From assembly GCF_044704955.1 (NCBI RefSeq), contig NW_027254445.1, positions 186,001 through 250,000 on the forward strand: a stretch of DNA of 64,000 bases, in the 5' to 3' direction. A program made the position numbers and the translations under genes. The notes beneath the pieces were generated by a model. The model did not search any database. It saw only the letters and a program-made list of their open reading frames with translations, and was not told where the DNA came from. This document shows positions 34,049 to 46,877 of the stretch, in pieces; the stretch's first letter is position 1; every line of letters starts with the position of its first letter. The stretch is from Pristiophorus japonicus. Taxonomy: Eukaryota.

Positions 34049-37000
34049 TGTAATGACTCAAGTCTGTTTACTGTAAACTCACTCAGGTGCAACCTGATCC
34101 TTCTTTATTCCAGCCCAAGAGTGCCAGCGTGACAAAGATACCCAGCTTATATACAGGTGACCAAGCACACATGCCACATGTGTACAGCCCAATGACCTCT
34201 GACCGCGGCGCCCTCTGGTGTCTGGTGACCCTCAAGTATTAATACATAACAACATTCCCCTTTTAAAATCTTAACGAGTTTTTTTTTTTACAAATTAAGA
34301 TGGTCTGGGGCTTTCCTCTCACGAGTTGATCGTCTCAGTTCAACTTTGGCTCTGGGCGAGCGTTCTGAGTCCGTTGAGACTGAGGGCTGAGTAGCTGAGC
34401 TGATGGGAGTGGTCATGACCACATCAGAGACTGAAAGTCCAGAGTCAGTAATGTCAGCAGAGTCCTCTGATGAGTCAACAATGGCTGGTTGGTCACTGAC
34501 TGCATCTTCCTCACTTGGTTCCAGTTCATCCGTGTGCTGCAGTTTAACCTGGTCAAGGTGTTTCCTGCATGTTTGCCCATTCTTGAGCATGACAATAAAC
34601 ACTGTGTTACCCTCCTTGGCTGTAACAGTGCCGGCGATCCACTTTGGATCTTGACCATAGTTCAGTACATAAACCGGATCGTTGACCGAGATGTCACGTG
34701 ACATGGCAACACGATCATGACACCATTGCTGACTTTGACGTCTGTTTTCAACATGATCATTCAAATCGGGATGAAGTGAAAGCCTGGTCTTGAGATTTCT
34801 CTTCATCAGTAGTTCAGCAGGAGGAACCCCAGTAAGTGTATGAAGTCTTGACCTGTAACTGAGCAATATACATGACAACCGTCTCTGCAGTGAGCCCTGA
34901 GTTACATGTTTCATACTTTGCTTGATCGTTTGAATGGCACGCTCTGCTTGACCATTAGAAGTAGGCTTGAAGGAGCTGATCTCACATGTCTGATGTCATT
35001 GAGTTTCATGAACTCCTGAAACTCAAGACTTGAGAAGCAAGATCCATTATCGCTCACAACAATGTCAGGCAAACCATGAGTAGCAAACATGATACGAAGG
35101 CTCTCAATGTTAGCTGTAGACGTGCTGGATGACGAAATAACCACTTAGAATATGCATCTACTACGACAAGAAACATCTTTCCTAGGAACGGACTTCAGTA
35201 AACTCTCCACAGTCCTCTTAAATATGGCTGCAACTGAACAAATCCCAAAAGGACACCTGTTGTAGACGAACAGTCCTTTATGGGTGTTGATGCAGGTGAG
35301 TTTCTTCGAAGTGGTGACAAGTTCCTGGGTCATATAGGCCGACGTCAGATCCAGTTTCGTGAATGACTTTCCACCAGCTAGCATGGCGACAGGTCATCGG
35401 CCCTAGGTAATGGATACTGATCCTGTTTTGAAAATCGGTTAATCGTAACCTTGTTGTCTCCACAAATCCTGACAATGCCATCACTCTTCAACACAGGAAC
35501 AATGGGACTGGCCCACTCGTTAAACTTGACCGGTGATATGATCCCTTCATGCTGGAGTCTGTCAAGCTCGATTTCAACCTTCTCCCTCATCATGTACGGA
35601 ACAGACCGAGCTTTGTGATAGGCAGGCCTTGCATTCGAGTCCAGGTGAATCTGTAAAATTACCAATGCCCGGTTCAAACAAAGAAGGAAACTTTTTCAAT
35701 ACTTGAGCACACTAAGTATCATCTACCCAGGACAACATCTTGACATCATTCCAATTCAGCTTGATTTTCTCGAGTGAATTCCTGCCGAACAGCGTTGGAT
35801 AATGACCTGGGATGATCCATAATGGTAGCTCGTGAACCACACCATCATATGACACCTCGATTGCTGCATTGCCGAGCACAGGTATGAGTTCCTTCGTGCA
35901 AGTACGCAACCTGGCATTGACTGGACTCAGCTTTGGTTTCGCAGCCTTAGTGTCCCACAGCTTGTCGAATGTCCTTTGGCTCATTATCGACTGGCTCACA
36001 CCCGTGTCCAGCTCCATTGATACACGCACGCCATGCAGCTTCACATTAACCACTATTCGGCTGGCTCTTGCTCAGGAACGAATACAGTCCATTCACTTCC
36101 TCCTCGGGTTGTGTATCCGGGCCATCACTGAACTGATCCTCATTCACCACGTGGTGAGCCGCACCATGCTTGCTCCGTTGTGGACACATCCTGTGAAGGT
36201 GCCCCACTTTTAAACATCCATTTCATAAACCGACACTGATGAGGCCGATAATTGCCCCCACATCACCAACAGGGTGAAATCTGGATCGAACCAGTTGGCG
36301 GACTGTGAGCAGCGGCAGGTTTCGGGGAAGCAACTCTGCCCGAAGACAACGCCATCTTGTGTACAGTACTTGCCATGGAACTCCAACTCGTCGATGATAT
36401 CTGCCTCAAATTCTCATCTGTTGTCATGCATACCTGGGCAGTCGCGATGGCCTTTTTCAAATCCAGCGTATCTGCAGCCAACAGCTTCCTGAGCATCGCA
36501 TCATGGCTGATGTCTATCACTGAGACATCACGCCGCATGTCTTAGAAACATAGAAAGTAGGTGCAGGAGTAGGCCATTCGGCCCTTCGAGCCTGCACCCC
36601 CATTCAATATGATCATGGCTGATCATGCAACTTCAGTACCCCATTCCTGCTTTCTCTCCATACTCCTTGATTCCTTTAGTCGTAAGGGCCACATTTAACT
36701 CCCATTTGAATATATCTGACGAACTGGCCTCAACTACTACGGTAGAGAATTCCACAGGTTCACAATTCTCTGAGTGAAGAAGTTTCCTTCATGTCTGTCC
36801 TAAATGGCTTACTCATTATCCTTAGACTGTGACCCTGGTTCTGGACTTCCCCAACATCGGGAACATTCTTCCAGCATCTAACCTGTCCAATCCCATCAGA
36901 GTTTTATTTGCTTCTATGAGATCTCCTCTCATTCTTCTAAATTCCAGTGAATATAAGCCTAGTCGATCCAGTCTTTCTTCATATGTCAGTCCTGCCATCC

Positions 37001-39652
37001 CCGGAATCAGTCTAGTGAACCTTCGCCGCATTCCCTCAGTGGCAAGGATGTCCTTCCTCAGATTAGGAGACCAAAACTGCACACAATACTCAAGGTGTGG
37101 TCTGCAGTAAGACCTCCCTGCTCCTATACTCAAATCCCCTTGCTATGAAGGCCAGCATGCCATTTGATTTCTTTACTGCCTGCTGTACCTGCATGCCTAC
37201 CTTCAATGACTGATGTACCACGACACCCAGGTCTCGATGCACCTCCCCTTTTACTAATCTTTCACCACTCAGATAATAATCTACCTTCCTGTTTTTGCCA
37301 CCAGAATGGATAACTTCACACATATCCACATTATACTGCATCTGCCATGCATTTTCCCATTCACCCAACCTGTCCAAGTCCCCCTGCAGCCTCTTAGCAT
37401 CCTCCTCGCAGCTCGCACTGCCACCCAGCTTACTGTCATCTGCAAACTTGGAGATATTACATTCAATTCCTTCGTCTAGATCATTAACGTATATTGAAAA
37501 TAGCTGGGGATATAGCACTGAACCCTGCAACACCCACTAGTCACTACCTACCATTCTGAAAAGGACCCATTTATTCCCACTCTTTGCTTCCTGTCTGCAA
37601 ACCAGTTTTCTATCCACGTCAATACATTACCCCCGATTCCATGTGCCTTAATTTTGCACACTAATTTCGTGTCAAAACATTTTGAAAATCCAAATACATC
37701 ACATCCACTGGTTCTCCCTTATCCACTCTACTAGTTACATCCTCAAAAAACTCTCAAAGATTTGTCAAGCATGATTTCCCTTTCATAAATCCATGCGGAC
37801 TTGGACCGATCCTGTCACTGCTTTCCAAATGCGCTGCTATTTCATCTTTAATAATTGATTCCAGCATATTCCCCACCACCGATGTCAGGCTAACCGGTCG
37901 ATAATTCCCTGTTTTCTCTCTCCCTCCTTTTTTAAAAAGTGGTGTTGCATTAGCTATCCTCTAATCCATAGGAACTGAACCAGAGTCCATGGAATGTTGG
38001 ATAATGACCACCAATGCATCTACTATTTCTAGGGCCACTTCCTTAAGTACTCTGGAGTGCAAACTATCAGGCCCTGGGCATTTATCGGCCTTCAGTCCCT
38101 TCAATTTCCCGAACACCATTTCCTGACTATTAAGGATTTCCCTCAGTTCTCCCTTTTCGCTCGACCCTCGGTGTACTAGTATTTTCATGAGGTTATTTGT
38201 GTCTTTTTTAGTGAAGACAGAACCAATGTATTTGTTCAATTGGTCTGCCATTTCCTTGTTCTCCATTATGAATTCCCCTGATTCTGACTGCATTAGTCTT
38301 CATTAATATTTTTCTCTTCACATATCTGTAGAAGTTTTTGCAGGTTTTATGTTCCCAGCAAGCTTACTCTCATACTCTAGTTTTCCCCTTCTAATTAAAC
38401 CCTTTGTCCTTCTTTGCTAAATTCTAAATTTCTCCCAGTCCTCAGGTTTGCTGCTTTTTCTGGACAATTTATATAGCTCTTCCTTGGACTTAACACTTTC
38501 CCTAATTTCCCTTGTTAGCCACGGTGGAGCCATCTTCCCTTTTTTTATTCTTACGCCACACAGGGATGTACAATTGTTGTAGTTCATCCATGTGATCTTT
38601 AAATGTATGCCATTGCCTATCCACCATCAACCCTTTAAGTATCAGTCGCCAGTCTATCCCAGCCAATTCACATCTCATACCGTCGAAGTTTCCTTTCTTT
38701 AAGTTCAGGACCCTAGTCTCTGAATTAACTGTGTCACTCTCCATCTTAATGAAGAATTCTATCATATTATGGTCACTCTTCCCCAAGGGCACGACCAGAT
38801 TGCTAATTAATCCTCTCTCGTTACACAGTCTAGGATGGCCTGCTCTCTCGTTGGTTCCTCGACATATTGGTCTAGAAAACCATCCCTTATACACTCCAGG
38901 AAATCCTCCTCCACAGTATTGCTACCAGTTTAGTTAGCCCAATCAATATGCAGATTAAAGTCACCCATGATAACTGCTGTACCCTTATTGCACGTGTCTC
39001 TAATTTTCTATTTGATGCCATCCCCAACCTTGTTACTACTGTTTGTTCCCGAACTTACACGGCTCAGCAAGACGTCGCAGGTCAGCGACAAATCCCAACA
39101 CGTCCTGGCTCTCAGCATGAACATGTGTGTAGAAACGGTAGTGTGATATGATGATCCCCTCGTTTGGTTTCAGATGGTTACCCACCAATGTACACAATTC
39201 CGCGTACCTTTTCCACCGGATGTACAGACGAGAGAAGATTCTTCATGAAGCCGTAAATTTTCAGACCACAAACGGTGAGGAGAACTGCCCTGCACTTAAC
39301 TGCGTAGGCCTCTGCCTCCATGCCATTGGCCACAAAATATTGATCCAGGCGGTCGACAAAATCCACCCAATCCTCGCCCTCCACGAATCTCTCCAGGATT
39401 CCAACAGTGCTCATTGTGCATGCGAAGGTTCTTAAATTACCTCGTCGCCAATTGTAATGACGCAAGAGTCTGGTTACTGGAAACTCACTCAGGTGCAACT
39501 TGATCCATCTTTATTCCAGCCCAAGAGTGCCACCGTGACAAAGACACCCAGCTTATATACAGGTGACCAAGCACACATGCCACATGCATACAGCCTGATG
39601 ACCTCCGACGACGGTGCCCTCTGGTGTCTAGTGACCCCCAAGAATTAATACA
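34049..39652 (-). mobile_element. Decayed Gypsy/Ty3 LTR retrotransposon
   Basis: LTRs 34049-~34251 and 39453-39652; PBS TGGCGACGAGG (tRNA-Ser-like); PPT at ~34255; ELDTG protease, WASPIVPV RT, SDNG integrase; TSD AAAAT. Confidence 0.92.
36545..39045 (-). mobile_element. CR1 LINE nested in the Gypsy gag
   Basis: LGKSDHN, KFADDSK; tail at 36545. Confidence 0.92.
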
Positions 39653-40959
39653 AAAATCATAATACAATCAAGTAGATTCAACATGGTTTTATGAAAGGGA
39701 AATCATTTTTGACAAATTTATTATTGTTCTTTGAGGATGTAACAAGCAGGGTGGGTAAAGGAGAACCAGTGGATGTTGTGTACTTGGATTTCGTGAAGGC
39801 ATTCGATAAGATGCCACATAAAAGGTTATTACACAAGATAAGAGCTCATGGTGTTGGGGGGTAATATATAAGCATGTAGAGGATTAACTAACTAACAGAA
39901 AACAGAGAGTCGAGATAAATGGGCCATTTTCAAGTTGGCAAACTGTAACTAGTGGGGTGCCACAGCGATCAGTGCTGGAGCCTCAACTATTTACAATCTA
40001 TTTTAATCTATATTAATGACTTGGGTGAAGGGACAGAGTATTACAGCCAAATTTGCCGACAATACAATGATAGGTGGGAAATCAAGTTGTGAGGAGGACT
40101 CAGAGTCTGCAAAGGGATATAGATAGGTTAACTGAGTGGGAAAACATTTGGCAGATGGAGTATAATGTGGGAAAATGTGAGGTTATCCAATTTGATAGGA
40201 AGAACAGAAAAGCAAAATATTATTTGAATGGAGAGAGACTACAGAATTCTGTGTTGCAGGGGGTACATGTAACACAAAAAGTTAACATTCAAGTAGCAAG
40301 TAATTAGGAGGGCAAATGGAATGTTGGCCTTTATGGCAAGGGGGATGGAGTATAAATGTAGGGAAGTCTTGCAGCAACTGTACAGGGCATTGGTGAGACC
40401 AAACTTGGAGTACTGCGTGCTATTTTGGTCTCCTTATTTAAGGAGGGATATAGTTGCATTGGAGGCAGTTCAGAGAAGGTTCACTAGGTTGATTACTGGG
40501 ATGAAGGCATGTTATGAGGAAAGGTTGAGCAGGTTGGGCCTGTACTCTTTGGACTTTAGAAGAATGAGAGGTGATCTTATTGAAACATATAAGATTCTGA
40601 GGGGGCTTGACAGGGCAGATGCTGAGAGGATGTTTCTCCTCATGGGGGAATCTAGAACTAGGGCACATAGTTTCAGAATAAGGGATCGTCCATTTAAGAC
40701 GGAGGTGATGAGTAATTTCTTCACTGAGGGTCATGAATCTTTGGAATTCTCTACCCCAGAGAGATGTGGAGGCTGTCAGTGAAGATATTCAAGGCTGAGA
40801 TAGACAGATTCTTGAACTATAGGGGAGTCAAGGGTTATGGGGAACAGGAAGGAAAGTGGAGTGGAGGCCAAGATCAGATCAGCCACGATCTTATTGAATG
40901 GCGGAGCAGGCTCGAGGTGCCATATGGCCTAGAACGGCTCAAATGTCTTATGTTCTTGT

Positions 40960-41780
40960 ATCCACAGCTCCCTGAAGGTAGCAGGACAGGTATATAAGGT
41001 GGATAAGAAGGCATATGGGATACTTGCCTTTATTAGCCAAGACATAGAATATAAGAGCCGGGAGGTTATGCTTAAATGGTATAAAACACTAGCTAAGCCA
41101 CAGATAGAGTACTGTTTGCAGTTCTGGTCACCACATTACAGGAAAAGATGTAATTGCACTAGAGAGGGTATAGAGGAGATTTACGAGGATTTTGCCTGGA
41201 CTGGAGAATTTTAGCCTTAATGAATGATTGGATAGGCTGGGGTTGTTTTCTTTGGAACATAGGAGGCTGAGGAGAGACCTAATTGAGGTGTATAAAATTA
41301 TGTGGGGCCTAGATAGAGTGGATAGGAATGACCTATTTCCATCGGCAGAGGGGTCATCAACCAGGGGGCATAGATTTAAAGTAATTGGTAAGAGGTTTAG
41401 AGGGGATTTGAGGAGAATTTTTTTCACCCAGAGGGTGGTGGGGGTCTATAAGAACATAAGAAATAGGAACAGGTGTAGGCCATACGGCCCCTCGAGCCTG
41501 CTCCGCCATTCAATAAGATCATGGCTGATCTGATTATGGACTCAGCTCCACTTCCCCACCCGCTCCCCATAACCCCTTATCCCCTCACTGCCTGACAGGG
41601 TGGTAGAGACAGAAACCTTCACCACATTTAAAAAGTACTTGGATATGCACTTGAAATGCCGTAACATACAAGGCTATGGACCAAGAGCTGGAAAGTGGGA
41701 TTAGGCTGGATAGCTTTGTCGTCCGGCATGGACACGATGGGCCGAATAGGTCGCTTGTGTGCTGTAAACTTTCCAAGTCC
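40960..41780 (+). mobile_element. CR1 3' fragment (second subfamily) containing an inserted minus-strand CR1 3' end (41446-41585)
   Basis: KPQIEYCLQFWSPH, RLRRDLIEVYKIM; (CATAAGAA)n tail at ~41446. Confidence 0.8.
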
Positions 41781-41784
41781 TATA

Positions 41785-42800
41785 AACCCATCTCCCCTGT
41801 GATCGCTGACCTACATTGGCTCCCGGTTAAGCAACGCCTCGATTTTAAAAATGCTCATCCTGGTTTTCAAATCCCTCCATGGCCTCGATCTTTACACTCT
41901 CTGTAATCTCCTCCAGCCCCATGACCCCCAGCCAAAGAGATGTCTGCGCTCCACTAATTCTGGCCTGTTCAGCACCCCCGACTATAATTACTCAACCACT
42001 GGCGGCCGTGCCTCCAGCTCCCTATGCTCTGGAATTCCTTGCTAATCCTCTCGACTCTCTTTTCTCCGATAAGACGCCCCTTAAAACCTACTTCTTTGAC
42101 CATTTGTGTCATGTGTCTTGGTATCAAATTTTTTGTCTTATCTTCTCTTCGGCGGTCCCTTGTATCGAGTATGACTTGCTTCCACCAAAAAGGGATGAGT
42201 TCACATGTGTTTCAATGAAGGACTGGCTATTCCAAGTCCCGAACTGCAGATTGAAGGATGGATGATGCCAGAGTGTGGATTTTTTTAACGTGTGGTGACC
42301 GTTGCACACCAACCACCACACGGGCTTGACAGAGCTAGGTCTTGGTCCAGTGGCAAGGATTAACCTTGACGACTGGAAACCAGCTCTGCTGCACGGATCT
42401 ACTGCACACATATTGCAGTGTGGGCTGGCCCGTGTGCCCCTGGGCCCTCGCCTCTTCTGGTCCCCGAACTCATGCCTCTCCTGGGCCCCGATCACGTTGG
42501 TCTGCAATCCCTCGCCACTACTTCGCACCGACCTCATCGCTCCTGCTGTACCTGCCCACGCTCCAATCACCGACCTGCATTATGAGGATGTCCATTCCAG
42601 TCGCCCTCTTCACAGTCGTTGCCCTCCCTGACTGGCTCGCGCTGTACCTTGCAGTGGTATGCCGCCATGCTGCTCCTCCTTTTAAAGCCCCGACCTTCCG
42701 CTGATGGTTCCTCGCAGCTTGAAGGAACCATCTTTTGTCTAATAACACTCCTGTGAAGCACCTTGGGACCTTTTACTGCATTAAAGGCGCTATATCAATA
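41785..42800 (+). mobile_element. L2-type LINE 3' end interrupted by an RTE-derived element (42145-42720, minus strand)
   Basis: ISPVIADLHWLPVKQRLDFK; 3' end GTGAAGCACCTTGGGAC..TAAAGGCGCTATAT. Confidence 0.75.
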
Positions 42801-43144
42801 CCAGGTCCCTCCCCAGGTCTCCCTTTACCAGTTTCCATGATAGAATCAGACAGCACCAAAGGACACTGATTCGGCCCATTGTACCCGTGCCCACGCCAGC
42901 CGGTGAATGAAAAGAAAAAGAACCTTCTCTTCTATTGGTGAACTTGTTCAAATAAAAGGCAGGGTTCACAACACAGGTTTTCCACATTTTGGATCGGAAT
43001 CAGTAACTGACAAATCGCACTGCACCAGGATTGCAATCTTTGATCTCCGTCTAACTTGTACTGCCTGGACTGGCCCTTTAAATACCGGGGACACTTTGTA
43101 ACCTTCAGACCGGTTTTTAAGTGATTGATATTTTCCCATTAAAG

Positions 43145-43487
43145 GTGCAGTTGTCCCTGTCCTGACCCAGTCTCCGAGCCTGGAACGTGTCACAGAGGGT
43201 CACACGGCGCGGTTACAGTGCACCATGTGGAACGCCAGAGTGAGCGACACCGATGTCCACTGGTACCGGCAACTACCGGGGCCAGATACGGAGTGGGTTT
43301 TAACACGAGGCAAGTGGCAGCACACGAGGGAGCCCAGGTTCCACTGACCATCTCCAGCCTTCCAGACTCACCTCCAATAACAGCTTCATTCTGACAGTCA
43401 CAGACGTGCAGCCCAGTGACACTGCCGCCTATTACTGTAAAATGTGGGGCGATATCAGCGGGAGCGGAACCCAGCTCAATGTAACCA
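43145..43487 (+). pseudogene. Germline-joined V-J type Ig domain exon 2 (frameshift at ~43303; not in the ORF track)
   Basis: Acceptor TTTTCCCATTAAAG|; AVVPVLTQSPSLERVTEGHTARLQCTMWNARVSDTDVHWYRQLPGPDTEWVLT / EASGSTRGSPGSTDHLQPSRLTSNNSFILTVTDVQPSDTAAYYCKMWGDISGSGTQLNVT; donor GTAAAT; 343 nt = 3n+1. Confidence 0.9.
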
Positions 43488-43584
43488 GTAAATACAGTTT
43501 GCATTATATTAACCTGAATAGAAGGAATAACCTCTTACACATGGATTTATTGATCAGTATCTGATTAATATCACAAAAACCGCT

Positions 43585-46380
43585 GGTAAACTTAATGCAA
43601 TAAGGTGGACGAATTAACTGCGCAGATAGATATTAATGGATATGATGTAATTGAGATTACGGAGACATACTCCAGGCTGACCAAGGCTGGGAACTCAATA
43701 TCCAGGGGTATTCAATATTCAGGAAGGATAGACAGGAAGGAAAAGGAGGTGGGGTAGCGTTACTGGTTAAAGAGGAGATTAACGCAATCGTAAGGAAGGA
43801 CATTAACGTGGATGATGTGGAATCTATATGGTAGAGCTGCGAAGAACCAAAGGGCAGAAAACGTTCGTGGGAGTTGTGTACAGGCCATCAAACAGTAGTA
43901 TGGGGGTTGGGGATGGCATCAAACAGGAAATTAGGGACGCGTGCAATAAGGTTACAGCAGTTATCATGGGTGAATTTAATCTACATATTGATTGGGCTAA
44001 CCAAACTGGTAGCAATACTGTGGAGGAGGATTTCCTGGAGTGTATAAGGGACGGTTTTCGAGAACAATATGTTGAGGAACCAATGAGAGAGCAGGCCATC
44101 CTAGACTGGATTTTGTGTAATGAGAGAGGATTAATTAGCAATCTGGTCGTGTGAGGCCCCTTGGGGAAGAGTGACCATAATATGGTAGAATTCTTCATTA
44201 AGATGGAGAGTGACACAGTTAATTCAGAGACTAGGGTTCTGAACTTAAAGAAAGGAAACTTCGACGGTATGAGACATGAATTGACTAGGATGGACTGGCA
44301 ACTGATACTTAAAGGGTTGACGTTGGATAGGCAATGGCAGACATTTAAAGATCACATGGATGAACTACAACAATTGTACATCCCAGTGTGGCGTAAAAAT
44401 AAAGGGAAGGTGGCTCAGCCGTGGCTAACAAGGGAAATTAGGGAAAGTGTTAAATCCAAGGAAGAGGCATATAAATTGGCCAGAAAAAGCAGCAAACCTG
44501 AGGACTGGGAGAAATTTAATATTCAGCAGAGGAGGACTAAGGGTTTAATTAGGAGGGGGAAAATAGGGTATGAGAGTAAGCTTGCAGGGAACATAAAAAC
44601 TGACTGCAAAAGCATCTACAGATATGTGAAGAGAAAAATATTAGTGAAGACTAATGTAGGTCTCTTGCAGTCAGAATCAGGGGAATCCATAATGGGGGAC
44701 AAGGAAATGGCAGACCAATTGAAAAAATACTTTGTTTCTGTCTTCACTAAGGAAGACACAAATAACCTCCCGAAAATACTATGGGACCGAGGGTCTAGCG
44801 AGAAGGGGGAACTGAGGAAAATCCTTATTAGTCAGGAAATGGTGTTAGGGAAATTGAAGGGATTGAAGGCCAATAAATCCCCAGGTCCTGATTGTCTGCA
44901 CTCCAGAGTACTTAAGGAAGTGGCTTTAGAAATAGAAGATGCATTGGTGGTCATTTTCCAACATTCCATGGACTCTGATTCAGTTGCTATGGATTGGAGG
45001 GTAGCTAATGTAACACCACTTTTTAAAGAAGGAGGGAGAGAAAACAGGGAATTTTCGACTAGTTAGCCTGACATCGGTGGTGGGGAAAATGTTGGAATCA
45101 ATTATTAAAGATGAAATAGCAGCACATTTGGAAAGCAGTGACAGGATCGGTCTAAGTCAGCATGGATTTATGAACGGGAAATCAAGTTTGACAAATCTTC
45201 TAGAGCTTCTTGAGGATGTAACTAGTAGAGTGGATAAGGGAGAATAAGTGGATGTGATGTATTTGGACTTTCAAAAGGCTTTTGACAATGTCCCACACAA
45301 TAGATTAGTGTGCAAAATTAAGGCACATGGTATTGGGGGTAATGTATTGACGTGGATAGAGAAATAGTTGGCAGACAGGATGCAAAGAGTGGGAATAAAC
45401 GGGTCCTTTTCAGAATGGCAGGCAGTGACTAGTGGGGTGCTGCAGGGTTCAATGCTGGGACCCCAGCTATTTACAATATACATTAATGATTTAGACGAAG
45501 GAATTGAATGTAATATCTCCAAGTTTGCAGATGACACTAAGATGGGTGGCAGAGCGAGCTGCGAAGAGGATGCTAAGAGGCTGCAGGGGACTTGGACAGG
45601 TTAGGTGAATGGGCAAATGTAGTATAATGTGGATAAATGTGAGGTTATCCACTTTGGTGGCAAAAACAGGAAGGTAGATTATTATCTGAATGGTGACAGA
45701 TTAGTAAAAGAGGAGGTACAACGAGACCTGGGTCTCATGGTACATCAGTCTTTGAAGTTAGGCAAGCAGGTACAGCAGACAGCAAAGAAAGCAAATGGCA
45801 TGCTGGTCTTCATAGCAAGGGGATTTGAGTATAGGAGCAGGGAGGTCTTGCTGCAGTTGTACAGGACCTTGGTGAGACCACACCTTGAGTATTGTGTGCA
45901 GTTTTGGTCTCCTAATTTGAGGAAGGACGTGCTTGCTATTGAGGAAGTGCAGCGAAGGGTCACCAGACTGATTCCCGGGATCCAGAAGAATGAAGGGAGA
46001 ATCTCATAGAGACATATAAAATTCTGACGGGACTAGTCAGGTTAGATGCAGGAAGAATGTTCCCAATGTTGGGGAAGTCCAGAACCAGGGGTCACAGTCT
46101 AAGGATAAGGGGTAAGCCATTTAGGACCGAGATGAGGAGAAACTTCTTCACTCAGAGAGTTGTTAACCTGTGGAATTCTCTGCCACAGAGAGTTGTTGAT
46201 GCCAGTTCGTTATATATATTCAAGAGGGAGTTAGATATGGCCCTAACTGCTAAAGGGGTCAAGGGATATGGAGAGAAAGCAGGAAAGGGGCACTGAGGTG
46301 AATGATCAGCCAAGATCTTATTGAATGGTGGTGCAGGCTCGAAGGGCCGAATGGCCTACTCCTGCACCTGTTTTCTATGT
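43585..46380 (+). mobile_element. CR1 LINE covering nearly all of ORF2 (APE endonuclease and RT), decayed
   Basis: GVVYRP, MGEFN, GKSDHN, KFADDTK; tail TTTTCTATGT at ~46371-46380. Confidence 0.95.
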
Positions 46381-46407
46381 TACTATCATTGCTCTGTTCC
46401 CTGTCAG

Positions 46408-46450
46408 GCAATGAAGGAATCGGATCAGTCCATATACAGTGAGCTTAAAG
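46408..46450 (+). CDS. Candidate cytoplasmic exon with ITIM: AMKESDQSIYSELK
   Basis: Acceptor CTCTGTTCCCTGTCAG| and donor AAG|GTATGT; only one frame is open through the exon and it contains S-I-Y-S-E-L. Confidence 0.7.
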
Positions 46451-46877
46451 GTATGTTTCTCTCACACTGACAAGGGTAGAGGCAAAGCGTGTGATATCTG
46501 TCACTTTTTGTATAAATGGTGAAACTGTGGGAAACCTTCACCTAAAATGGATCCATAGCAGCAACACTGCCTGGAATAGACCGAGAGCAATGAGCCCAGT
46601 GTGGTAACGGGCCATCAGTAGCCCAGTACGGTGATGGATTGAATGTTGTGTGGTGATGAACAGCTTTTACTAAATCATTAACACCCACAGCCGCACACAC
46701 ATAAATCCTCTCCTTTGTTCACACTGAGTATTGTAGCCAGCACATTTCATTTTCTGATTCAACATTTTCCATTGGTTTCAAGGGTTAAGTAAATTATTGG
46801 CTCTGATGTTTTCCAACAAGAGCTATGTCACATTAATTCTGGGAAAACAGACCATAATAATCAAGGGAAAGCTACGT

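Larger units (their letters stand above)
33538..40960 (+). mobile_element. CR1 LINE (33538-34048 and 39653-40960) split by a Gypsy element
   Basis: Sequence resumes across the insertion (GHLEN|HNTIK..QHGFMKGK); 3'UTR ends at ~40955. Confidence 0.85.
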
